A stretch of 64,000 nucleotides of DNA from Klebsormidium nitens (taxonomy: Eukaryota; Plantae; Klebsormidiophyceae): NCBI GenBank assembly GCA_000708835.1, contig DF237373.1, positions 15,803 to 79,802 on the forward strand. The letters run 5' to 3'. Below, one piece after another: positions 22,001 to 33,313 of this stretch (its first letter is position 1; the number at the start of each line of letters is the position of its first letter). A model generated the notes under the pieces. That model did not search any database. It was not told where the DNA came from and saw nothing but the letters and a program-made list of their open reading frames with translations. The position numbers and the translations under genes were made by a program.

Positions 22001-24942
22001 AGCCGGCGCTTAGACCTTTCTTACCGCCCAGGTACTTGCACTCCCAAGCCTCGCCGTCGGCGTCGAGGAGCGTGACCCACACGTCGTGGCTGGGCATGTG
22101 CACGACGCACCAGTCGTTGGGCCATTGCTGGGGAAACGCGGGGGCCATTATCAAAATTTGCGTTGAAAAGTATGATTGATTGGACTGACGAATCTGGACT
22201 AGGTAGTGAGGTTTTTGTTTTGGGGACCTTCACATCTATGACATTCTCTATGCATATCGTTTGGAGTTTCTGAAGTGCGGGGACCGCAATGAGTTTCTGT
22301 CCGGTATCTTGCAACGACGGCAAAGTGGGACGCGGGGTGAGAAGATGTTTCTGCAGTAGAGTGCAGATTCGAGAAAGGAAGAGGGAACACGGGGGCCCGG
22401 AACAAGTTTTGCCCAGTTTGATGCATATATGAACGGAAAAATTGAGAGGAAGGATGGAGTCGGAGAGGAAAAGAGCAGCGAAAGCGATTCCATTTGCGTG
22501 TCGCACTGGTCGCTGCAGACTGTCTCATGTGTGATTTAAAAAGAAAAGAAAGAAACGGAAGGAAGAGGAGGAGGGAAAGGTGTGGTATCAGGATGTGTGC
22601 TTGATGTGCTGATGAAAAGGGAGGGTGCGTTTAAAGTGACCGCGTACAAGTTCCAACGTTAAAGGTGGGAAATAAACGAGGGGGGCAAGCGTTCAGGGCA
22701 CCAGTGGTCGAAACGTTGCCCGGGGAACGACGCCTGGATGAAACGACTCTGCTCGTCGTCGAAAGCAAAAGCGGAAATGCAACAAACAGGTGTACGGATT
22801 TGATTAACTGGTGGACTACGTGGGGCTGCTAGAAAGAGAAAAATGGGAAACAGAAGAACTTGTATAGGTCAATACGGAAAAAGGAATGATGACGAGGCCG
22901 GAAGACAGATTGATCTGAATGAAAATCGTCATGACCCAAAAAGCATCGCCCCAGTACTAAGTGCCCTGATGAGACGTTCTTAAAGGATGCCAGACAGCGT
23001 TGCATGCTCTTCCGGCTCTTTCTGTGAGCGGTACGATTGAGAAGCAGCCAAACGCAACTAGAAAAGCCTTTGTATCTGGAGAAGCCGTTTTTCACGAAGT
23101 GCCCGCTTGATCATCTTTCAAGCAAAAAAAACTTGTGACAACGTCGATGCAAGCTTCCCTAGTGCTTACAAGCACTATCAAAGGATGCTCGAAACCTTCA
23201 ATCTGAAGCGCATTGTAGACCGGAGTCCTGATAGATCAACCTTCCAGATGCTTTGGGTCGCCCGGAGTCGCCTCAAGGCTCTCTCAAGCTTTGACGGGTG
23301 TCCTTCCGGCTTCCCCGAACCAGGCACGTTTCCAGACGCTTGCAAACCTCATGAGAACAAATGGGCTTCACATAGCCAAAATGCCCGCTAGAAAATCCTT
23401 ACAGAGACTTTCTTGTTCGACAGTCATTTGAGCACATTTCTGCTACTCCGTGTATTTAGAGACTCTCGCCTTCGCAGTCCAAACCCGTCATACATCCTCA
23501 TGAGATAACCATAATAGTTTCCAAAGGGAAATTGGGGAGGGGAACGCATCATCCGAAAAAGGGACGGTGAAGTGTGTAGCAAAAGATCCCTTACCAGCCA
23601 GAAGCCGCCTGAGATCATCGACTGCAACAGTCGCTTCACAAACGCCGGTCCTTCCACCTTGATCGCATTAGCTCTCGCCTCTGCTTCATCCCTGGCTTCG
23701 TCAGAACACGTCGATGTGCCGCTGCGGGGCCGGTAGGGTCCCGCTGATCGACGGCCCGGCCCCCGAGTCAGCCGAAGGTGGTCGTTCCTTTCTTCTAGGT
23801 CCCTGGCAAAAGAAAAGGGCCGGTGAGCAAGACCAGAATCGCGAACAGCGGGACACTTCCATAGGGGAACGCACAAGCTCGTGAAAACAGGGTTACACAC
23901 ATGTGTATCCTGGTCGAACGCATGGCACCCCCATGTTGAGATACAGTAACACTCCATCAACAATTCCAGCCTGTCTGCGTGTCTGCGTATCTTCAACAGT
24001 GGCTCCAGTAAGTCAAGATCTTTGTCACCTCAGGAGGCAACTCTGAGTAGCAAGCTCTGACAAAGGAGGCCCTCCTCAAACACTGGCGACTTCAGCAAAG
24101 CGACGGAAGACAACGGGAGCCCAAAATTGAAAGACATCCTCACTTGTAGGACACAGCTGGCATGTTTTGGACTCGGCCCGACCGTCGGATCTCTACAATC
24201 CCGTCAACGCCGTGGGCTCCCAGGGAAGAGCGTCGCCTAGGGGCCTGCGGTTTTGCTCTGCTGGCTGCCAAAGCGTCTGCTGCGTCCACGATTCCAAAGT
24301 CCTGCCGAGCAAAAAAGAGACTTCCCTCAGGCTTGAAAACGGTGACATCGCGAAGGGGATTCTAGAGTTGTGTGAGGTTTCAAGCCTCACACAGTTCTCA
24401 AAGGCAAGCCCATGCCAAGGAAAGAAAGGAAATAGCTTGGGCTCCCGACAGATTTTCAAGCATCAGCTCTGCAAAATACGGTGAAAAGGGGATGACTTTT
24501 GCTTTGAATCCTTTTTCTGATGTTATTGAGGAATCGTTCTAATGGTGACGCTCTTCAGAGAAAGCCCACTGAGAGTCTGGACACGAAGATGGAGGGCGGT
24601 GGGGTACAGGACCTCTCCAACATTGGCCCCGTGTTTGTTTCATCTCTTATGGAGAACTCGTTCAGATAGCCTACGATTGTGCGAGCTCGTTATGTCAGAA
24701 AGGGGCGCGACAAAGCCGACCACTCCTCTGATGCTTTCCCTACATTGAAGCGGGGACCCCAGGAGACCGCACCAAAAGGCGTCAATCTTGCAGGACACGG
24801 GTTGAATCCCCTGCCCATCATGCCCTTTCCCTGAAAGGAGAAACCAACTGACCTGCAGGTGGCGCTCATTTTCCTTGATTCTCTCCTGGCGTTCTAACTC
24901 GATCTTGGAGAGCTTTGCCATGGAGCTGGCTGGAGCCTGCAT
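19042..24942 (-). CDS. B3-domain DNA-binding protein (REM/At5g42700-like) with three alternative B3-core exons and a C-terminal chromo-like domain, about 375-379 aa if one core exon is used
   Basis: Seen: exons 24942-24853 (MQAP...ELERQERIKENERHLQ), 24301-24144 (RRSGRVQNMPAVSY), 23802-23595 (AFVKRLLQSMISGGFWL), core A 22127-21933, core B 21744-21550, core C 21129-20923, 19722-19621 (EKWRVKVHIVRA), 19416-19042. Knowledge: FVKxxLQSxxxGGFWL, LSxGWxxF, DxxxFEV and KVHIVRA are B3 hallmarks, and an RxxRIxEN / RRSxR..P.Y N-terminus is typical of this subfamily. Confidence 0.88.
20843..20922. repeat. Four-copy ~22-24-bp-period repeat of palindromic (G)ACAGCTGTC
   Basis: Seen: cagctgtc-containing units at 20843, 20867, 20888 and 20912. 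The last copy overlaps the donor of B3 core exon C. Confidence 0.8.
21170..21420. repeat. Polypurine (+) / polypyrimidine (transcript) low-complexity tract
   Basis: Seen: about 250 nt of almost only A/G on the + strand, in the intron between B3 core exons B and C. Confidence 0.9.
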
Positions 24943-26375
24943 GGAGCAAAAGGGAACTGCATTTGGCCCTTGTCAAGGACAGGTTTGGCAAGACTGTTTC
25001 CGTAGAGTATGTATGAGGGACGGTGATAAATTGTAACAGCTTGGACCTGCGGTAACTCTCTAAAGCATTGTGTGGGTACAATTGTGGTCCATCTTTTGAG
25101 CCACTGTTTCTGTAGAAACAAAGTTACCATCCTCTCGTCAGAAATGCTTTCATCAAGAAAGGCCCTTCCTTTCCTACTCTTGACGGTGGGTGCTGACATC
25201 CAATGCTGCAGCTCCAGAAAACTGCGCGGAGAAGCCTTTCATTGTGACAATGTCGTCGCAAGCACAGAGCTATCAGAGAGCCACATTGCATGAGCTTACT
25301 CACTGGGTTCTTACAAAGAACAAGACCAGGGCAAACTGCCTAGTTACAAATATGTCTCATGAGACTGCACCATAGCAGCTTCCAAGCATTCATGATCAAG
25401 AACAAGTGCAAGCTGTTTGGTCATAACGTGTAAGGGAAAGTACCTATAATCCAAACAGTCTCAGAAACAGCTCATGGTGACTAGCATTTAATCCATTCCG
25501 TCAAAGATCCGAGAAAGTCAACCCAATGTTGATAGGTGCCTAATCTAGAGGTGGGCAGCCATGGGCGGACGCTTAGGTCTTGTGAAGTGAACAACAGTGT
25601 GAAATCGTTGCCAAACTTCAGATGGGACCTTGCTTCTAGTCCCCGAGTGAACAAAAATGTCGAGAATCCGCGTATACTAACTGCAAAGCAATGCCGGTTC
25701 CTCTGCCTTCATTTCTGAAGAGAGGACTGAGCAAGATTGAGGCACATCGTCGACGCTGGCAAGTTAGTTGTGCTACAGACCTTGATGTAGAAGTGAAGAG
25801 GTCCTCGGTGTATCCTGAACCAATTTCGTTCAGCTAAAGCAAGCGCTTGGTAATTCCCCTTTCAATAAGTGCTCAGCCTATTCCTCTGACGTCAGCAAAT
25901 TGGGCGCCCGATCACTGCACGCATTGTCTGTCCTAGCGCCGTTGCCACTGCTCCTCCGATTCGGCTCCCTCCCTGCCTATGCTGAGCACAATTTCTGCTG
26001 CAGCAGTAGAGGCAAATTGAGGGTGCTCGTTCTCACGTTGCACTGTCTGATGTTCTCTTCTCATAAGCCCGTACCCATCAAAGGCATGGGGCTGCTACGA
26101 CAGTGTAACCTGTCGTAGGGAGCACTGAGGTGCTCGGGGATTGCACGCAAGATTGACACTATTGGGAACCTGGAGCCTGCACCAAGCAGCGCGACCCCGG
26201 TAGCAGAGACGCTGGCCTCTCGCTCCGGGACACCGGGCGAGACTCAGTGTCAACCTTGCGATTGTTTCCGGGCCAACCTTAATAGCAAAAGTATTCTCGT
26301 TTCCATGAGGTGTGAAAAGGATCAACGGTCACATGTGCTTAGTTGGCACAACGTCGCCCAATCAAAAAGCACAAT

Positions 26376-26383
26376 TTTGGCGC
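26376..26383 (+). promoter_or_regulatory. E2F-like site TTTGGCGC upstream of the B3 gene
   Basis: Seen: TTTGGCGC, with a CCAAT at ~26358 and a GC-rich block at 26420-26470, about 1.4 kb upstream of the B3 ATG. Confidence 0.3.
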
Positions 26384-27170
26384 GCCCTTGAGAAATCTCA
26401 ACCTGTGACGTCATTGAACCCGCCGGTCCGAGCAGGCGCGGCGGCGCGGCGGGTCCGGGCGCCCGGCACGTTTGGCAGGCTGATTAATTGTTTCAAGTTT
26501 TCTTCCACTGTGCATGTGCAAAGGCGGGATTCACACAATTGCACTACGCGATTCAGTTGAGGGAAACTTCACAAAATTGCACACGTCGCAAGGTGCAATA
26601 CCATCGATTGTTGTAGGCGCGTGCATGCGACTTCATTGCGCTTTAGCTACTGGCCGTACACTGATTAAGAGATTTTTGCATCAACCGGCTAGCTATATGG
26701 TATACGAAGCTAGCATAATGAGAGGCCCGCGAGGCGTTTTACATGCTGCCAGCGATTCTGGGCCAAGACGTTCTTGAGAATGCTTTCATAGTCTTCAGCA
26801 CGTGAATATCCTCTGGTTTCGAGAGGTTTAAGACTGAAGCTGTAAGCGTTCCCAAATCAAGTCTTCTGCACGACAACATGCCTCCGCATCTCCAATACGG
26901 CCGCTGCTCTTGCACACCTTTGCACACGATAATAATCACCCCATTCATAAGGCTCCCAATGATCTCTGGATTGGAGCCCTCATTGACATGTTGACAACCC
27001 TCATGCCTGATCCCAAGCGCGCAGGAGATCAGCAATACGAGGACAGCATCCATGGATCGTGCAAACTTTTGCTCAGTTCTTGCTATGCCCTTTGCTGACT
27101 ATGCGGTCGCATGCCTTCGGTACTCAGCGAGTGCGCGGGCTCTACTTCCCTGCTGTTCCCTTTTATATAA

Positions 27171-30100
27171 CTATGGTTGATGGACGAGACCAGATACCAG
27201 CACGTCTTCGACTTCTTCAAGGTGCGCGAGCATGCGCCCAAGAGCGCGCCTGCACACGAGGGACTTGTTGATCAGTGCAATGTTGCACTTTCAGACAAAA
27301 CATGAGGTTCAAACAAGGTAGATCTCTGTTCAAAGCGGAACCGAAAAGGGATTCGGCGAGCAAGCATCTGTACTGATTGCAGTTTGCACTTCGGTGACAA
27401 GATATCATTGAACGCTTAGCTACGAAGTCGGGTCGTGAGGAGAATGCGCCGCACGGCGTCACGACACTCACTTGTTGTCCGCCCTAGTTCGAGCGAGTTC
27501 TCGTGCGCTTGATAGAGCGAGCTTCATCAACCTGCAAACAGCAATGCGTCCTTAAAAAGAGCTCCCGCTGTTCCGCACACGTGAGCAACTTCGAGACCCT
27601 GCACTCGCATCTCAAACAAGCTCGCGTGCAATTGCGGCTGGTCGCTGTAACCGCCTTAATATACCTACTTTTTTGCGGATTGGTGTTCCTTCCTGAACTT
27701 GCGTGTCTACTTTTGCCTCCTCTTCTACGCACGAGGCAACCATACCTAGGAGAAGGGTTACGAAGGAGCCTTTACAAAAGGCCATTAATAGAGCCTCCGC
27801 AGATTACCCAGTTTTTCGCTGAGAAAAAGTAAAGCTCATGTAAAGACGACCCTTAGGAAACAAGCAAACGTGAGTCCAATTCCTCACCTGTCTGTTTCGA
27901 GCGGTGCGGTTGGCCCCGGGTCACCCGTTCCGGCCTTCCCTCTGACGTTCCGTCCGTCTTTGGTGACGGGCGGAATGAGGATGTGAGCGGGCCAGGCCGC
28001 TCGGGCTTCCGGCGGGACAGGAGACCCTGCAAGTAGCAGACGAGAATACTTTATGTGATGACCAACAGGCGTTGCCTCGAAAAGGATCGCTCGCGCGGTA
28101 AAACTGGTAACTGCCATTTCTTTTCTTCCTTGCGCATGCGTGTAAATATATTTCCGACTTGAACAAAGACGCATCTGCAGCTTTATCCACGTTTGATTAA
28201 CGGGAACCTCTAACGCCTTCGAAGCACTTTTTTTCATCCTTGGCTGTCCTTTTAGCCTCCCTATCCCTAAGCTTGAGTGCCCTCTAACGTCTGCGCGTTC
28301 GGACTTCAACGTGCAGAAAGAAGAATTTACTACTTTTAGCATATGCCAACAGCGGCGTTCCGAATCCCGACCAATCCTACAGATAGTGCTGTCTATTAGA
28401 TGAGCTGTCACATTCACACGCTTCTTATTGTTTTGCTCAATTCAAAGAAAACCCACCTCGGTTACAAGTGTCCGCCGCATGCGACGTGCATCCTTCCAGA
28501 AGGGCCCTGACGTCGTCCGGGAGTGACGCTCCGCTGACGTCGTGGGCCCCTGTCAGCAGATGTCGACACGTTCGAGTCTCTTCAGTCCGCGGGAATGGCG
28601 CGAGTAAATCGAGTCAAGAATTGCGAAAGCGAGGCCAGTCCATCAAAGTTGCATTTCTGCTCCAGAAAAGTTGAGTATGACTGCGCTGACACAAGCCAAA
28701 CTGTGGTCCGATTCACGGCGCCAAAAATTCGGCCACCAAGCGTACGAAGCTTTACAACTATGTTGTGAACCGGACCTTGCTCCAGAATTCGACAAAGCTC
28801 TCCTTATTTGACAGCATCCCCATCAGACCAATCACGAACGCGCGCCTCGTTGTAATGCAGATCAGTGGGTGAAATCCAAACTGGAAGTTGCATTGCAAAA
28901 AGCAATGGGACGTGAGGGCAGTCGCAGTCATATCAACTTACCCGAAACCTCCGCGTCTTCTAGTACGCGCTCCAACAGCGCATCGTACGATTCCCACCCT
29001 CTCTCTCGCAGCCACTCTTCGATCTCCTCAATCCGTCGCGCCTCTTCTCCCCCTTCTTCGCCACTATCTGATCCGCATTCTAACACACCCCCCTGTTTGT
29101 GTACCCGCTTCGAGTCTTCTATTCTGAGGTCCAATTCGCTCGTAAGCGCCGCCAAATCCGCTTCAATTGGCAACCGGGAGAATTCTTCGTCCCGGGGGGT
29201 TGGTTTTGAGTGGTGATCCGCCCCCCCGGCCTCGCGTTCGTCCACCACGCTCTCCATCCACTGCCAGAAGAGGGCCTCGTGGCGGGCGCTCTCGGCGGCG
29301 GCGGTGTGAATGGCCTCGTCGACGCTGAGCGCCTTCTCGTGGGCCTGGGCAGGGGGCGCATTCACACACTGTTTGTGCTTTTGTGGTTTCCGACACCTGG
29401 ACATGCAGGGATGCAATGAGATGTGCGGCTGACCGAGAAAGAGTCCGATTTGGGATGTCAAAAACATCGTTTCCTCGATGGAACACGTGGATATGCCATC
29501 GGAGAGTGATATTTGGGGAGGATTGAACACGAAATTCTCTGATAAAGGGACGTAATCCTTGAGCTCTTGAAGCAGGACAATTCCAACGGACAGCGGTTCG
29601 AACTTAGCCGTTGGAACACGTCAAGACTCTGCCAGCTTGCCTCAACTAGAAGAGAAGCGACGGGGGTTAAAGTATTCGTCACCAAGAGGGTAAAGGCGGT
29701 AAGCGGATAACAAACTCATTGGAGCAACCTCCGCAATGGCGACCTGGGAGCGAACTCTTTCTACACACCGCAGTTGTATACCGAGCATCGCTTTCTTTCG
29801 TGTTCGTAAGACGCCTGATCAGAACCCCAACCCACCTCGAGGACTGACCGCTTCCTCAGCAGCTGCAGCTCGTACAGCCCGTACAAAGGCGGCGCCGGGG
29901 GGCAATTCACACCGGCCGCCGCCGCTGCTTCCACAGTCTTCGCCCGGATCTCGAGCTGGGTGTGAATAAGCTCCTGCTTCCGTTTCGCCTGGCAGGCGTC
30001 GAAGGACGCCAGGCTGCCCAGCTCGGAGCGGAGGCGGCCGTACAGGGTTAAGGCCTCGTTAACCAGCGCGTCAGCCTGCAGGGGTTGAACGAGGGTTAAC

Positions 30101-32692
30101 GGAGAGGGTCAGCGCCTCCTTTAAAGAATCCTGGACCCGTTCGAAGCGGATTGAAGCATGGTTGACAAGAGCGTTAGCCTTTGGTTAATCAAGGAGCTGA
30201 GTTGAGGCGATGACTACACTTTGGAATCGTGACAAGATTCTTACCCAAATTGAGCAGTGTAAGCTGGGCACTCGAGCAACAAGGGGAGTGGGTGCAAAAG
30301 GTGTATAACGTTCAAACATGAAGGAAAGGTCATAGGAAGCCCCGGTTGGCTCGAGCATGGGTGAGAGAAGTGGAATAGGAGTCGCAGGGTGGTTCTGACC
30401 GTCTTGTCGTGCACGTTGGGCTCGACCGGAAAAGGCCAAACCTATGCTGCGGTCAAATGCACGAGGATGCGGAGCCCTGATAAAAGATGGCCAGTCGAAC
30501 ACTGCACCAAAGTTGGTGATTCCTTACCTTCGCTCCTCCTTCTAATCCAGTCCCCGCCTCCTTAACCCGGGCAACATGCGCTGAAACTTGAGCATAAGCA
30601 TGGCGAGCAGCATTCTTCGATCTTGGGCAGTCAGTAGTATCCCCCGGGTATGAGGGCAACGGCAGCGGCACGTCCGGCGGGAGACTCTTCCGCAGGCGGG
30701 CCGTGCGGATTTGAAGGCCACGGGAGAAGACATCCGTGTGGGCGATGAGCCAACCGAGGGCTATCAGGAGGTCACTGTAAGAGTAGGGGAAGAGAGGGAA
30801 GTTGACCTGTGTGGTTAAGGTCCCTTTGAAAACGTTTTAACCTGCGTGGTTAAGGTCCGTTTTGAAACGTAAGAAACGGTCAGGGCAGTGGGAATGGAGA
30901 CCACGGGAGAAGGCGTCGGTGTGGGCAATGAGCCAACCGAGGGTTATGAAGAGGTCTCTGTAAAAGTGGGTGAAAAGAGGGAAGTTTACTGGCGTGCTTT
31001 GGAGACAATCCGACTTTCGTATGGTCGGGGCAATAAAGGGTTAAGGAGTCAATGCTGGGTCTGGTGGAGCATTCGGGGGGGGACTGTATAAAAGCTGATC
31101 CAGGGTTACGACCAGAGTAGTGGATGAGAAGCAAGATCCGCAGAGAGAGAACATGTTTGCGAAGGGGCATAGCATCGTCAAGGAAGCCTGGCCCGACAAT
31201 CTTACGGTGCGCTTATAGCAAAGGGGTCTCGCTCTATGAAAGGCAGTTCCGACAGGATCCAGAGACACCGCGAAACGCTCACCGGCTCTGAGTCTTCTCA
31301 AAACTCTCCGCATGAGGTGTCGCTTGGCTGGAACAACCCCAAAGGCGGAGGTAGTACTCGACAAAGGCAGCGACTGCAAGAGAATAATAAAAGAAAGCTT
31401 GTACTTGAGGCTCAGACCGGTGAAAGGTTGGTGGCTTTTTGTACGTCATTATGATTGTAAGGAATTTCAACTCTTCTGCTCTGCCGATTTGGAACAACCC
31501 CTTCGAATAATTATCTCTGGACTAGGACTTGGACTGCGGATTGCAAAGCTAAGACACTACAAAAAGTACCTGTCCACTTCTGGCCCATCAAGGATTTCAA
31601 GCCACCCCCCCTCGCCTCTACTTAGCTATACTTTGCATAACCAACGAAAATGAATATACAAAGTCCAGAACCGGCCAACGCACTTTTCTCATGCTGCCCC
31701 TCCAAGTCCAAGTTTGCCCAGAGTTCGCTCAGGCGATCGCTGATGTCACCCTGGGGGAAGCCAGTCAGCTGGAGAAGCACGAGGCTGTGAAGGACGGGCC
31801 ACAGTTTTCCTGCCTGCACGAACACATGGCGACTGTGTTAGACTGAGCAACTTTATTTCACCGTTAGCCACAGCTTTCTGAGATGACAGATTGTCAGTGA
31901 CAAGCAAAGCGGTTTTTATGCCAGATGCCGTCAAGGCAATTTTGTAAGGTAGCAGATTTCGTGTCAAAAGGAATTCTTGGCCAAGGGAGAATCTCGACCA
32001 CCAAGATACATTGATGCTGCTACATCATCTGGTCAAGCAGGGCTGCTCATGCAGATTGCTCCCAGCACCTAGTTGAAAGTTTTTTTGTAATGGGGGGTTT
32101 ATGAACAGAAGACAGCAATGGACGTTGCACGGTTCGATTGCTGTGTTCCAAGCAATTGATGATGGCAGTATGTTGACTTCCATCTTCTCTTGAATCTCCT
32201 CAAAAGCTGCCAGTGACACAACAATCACAATGAGCACCTTCTTCTGAAAGAACTTCAGAAATCAGAAAGAATGCCAAAAGCTGAAATGCATCTGAACTAC
32301 ACCTTTACAAGCTCAAGCCTGACCGGCTTTTAAGACCCCCTCCTCTAAGATTTCTGGCTCAAGCCAGCTTGAAAGGTAAGCTGAATAAGACAATGCTCAT
32401 ACTCACAGCTTTACAAAAGATCTTATGACAAGTTTCCCAGATTCAATATTGGCTGCTGGTGAGATTCTTCAAGGAAATCTTCGAATTTGAAGATCAGCTC
32501 GAAATGAGCTGCCTAATCATAAATGAGCAAGCCACCAGCTCAATTCGTACGAATGCAGCTTACTGCAGCTGGAGCATTGAATTTGGCCTGCCGCAGGGTC
32601 TCCGGCGTTACAGGGGGAGCACCAAGGGAGGTCAGGAGGTTGCAGACATACTCCACCGATGCTTTTACTCCTTTCTGCACGTCTGTGGCCAT
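27171..32692 (-). CDS. TEDC1: Tubulin epsilon and delta complex protein 1 (TEDC1/C14orf80, DUF4509)-like centriole assembly factor
   Basis: Seen: exons 32692-32564 (MATDV...VTPETLRQAKFNAPAA), 31813-~31670 (AGKLWPVLHSL), ~31375-31283, 30774-30528 (RDLLIALGWLI), ~30075-29850, ~29350-28942 (EALFWQWMESVVD), ~28027-27887, ~27530-27472, ~27250-27171 (TAG). Knowledge, recalled from the vertebrate protein: PEIFRRAKFD, RELLLALxWL and FWxWMxxV are TEDC1 motifs. Some internal boundaries are approximate. Confidence 0.72.
30721..30989. repeat. ~88-bp tandem duplication of a TEDC1 3' splice site and exon start
   Basis: Seen: ~30721-30808 and ~30903-30989 are clearly similar. They encode DLLIALGWLIAHTDVFSR and DLFITLGWLIAHTDAFSR respectively. 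Confidence 0.85.
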
Positions 32693-32787
32693 CTTCCCGC
32701 AACAGTTGCACGGATCAATTGCAGCGCATTTGGCTTGGCTTCGCTTGGCTTGCCCTTGCCTTTCTTGCTGTGGCTGTGCAGATTGGT

Positions 32788-32795
32788 TTTCGCGC
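32788..32795 (+). promoter_or_regulatory. E2F-like site TTTCGCGC in the TEDC1/DDX11 divergent promoter
   Basis: Seen: TTTCGCGC about 95 bp upstream of the TEDC1 ATG. Knowledge: it fits the E2F consensus TTTSSCGC. Function is inferred. Confidence 0.4.
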
Positions 32796-33313
32796 CTTTT
32801 TAACGAGGTTTTCACGTTGATACCTCTTTAAACCCATAGGTTTACGTGTGGTTTCGACTCGGTTTGGAGGGACAGCGGTTATAGAATCCAGCCCAATGCA
32901 TGGACAACGGTCAGGTCGAAAGCTGGCACATGAGAGTTTTGGAAACGGGCTCTCCAGGCCGTTTGAGATCCTTAACCTTCTTTCATACAGCAAGTGGGTC
33001 CAAAGTATGGTTAGTGCTAACCTCGCCATTCAGGCACCACCACCAACGGTGACCACCACCATCTTCCAAGTTCCATGACAGAGTTGAAATTGCTTTCACC
33101 GATTTCAAATGGTCACTTTCTAAGAACAAGCACTGCCGGCTCCAGCAGTATGTTTTGTGTTTGGGAACTCAAAATGCGAGGGCCTCTCATGAACATGAGG
33201 TGCATTGAGCGCTTTGTGGCCTTCAAGCTCCCGCTCGATCAGCGGTGGGCACATTCATGAAAGGTGTCCACGGCCTTTGAAAGGATGCCAAGAAAGAAGA
33301 AATAGGTGGTGCA

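Noticed and set aside
22680-22730. QRFDHWCPERLP on the minus strand as a relic fourth B3 core exon
   Set aside because: Only the WC...P spacing matches. There is no proper acceptor and a stop follows within about 7 codons.
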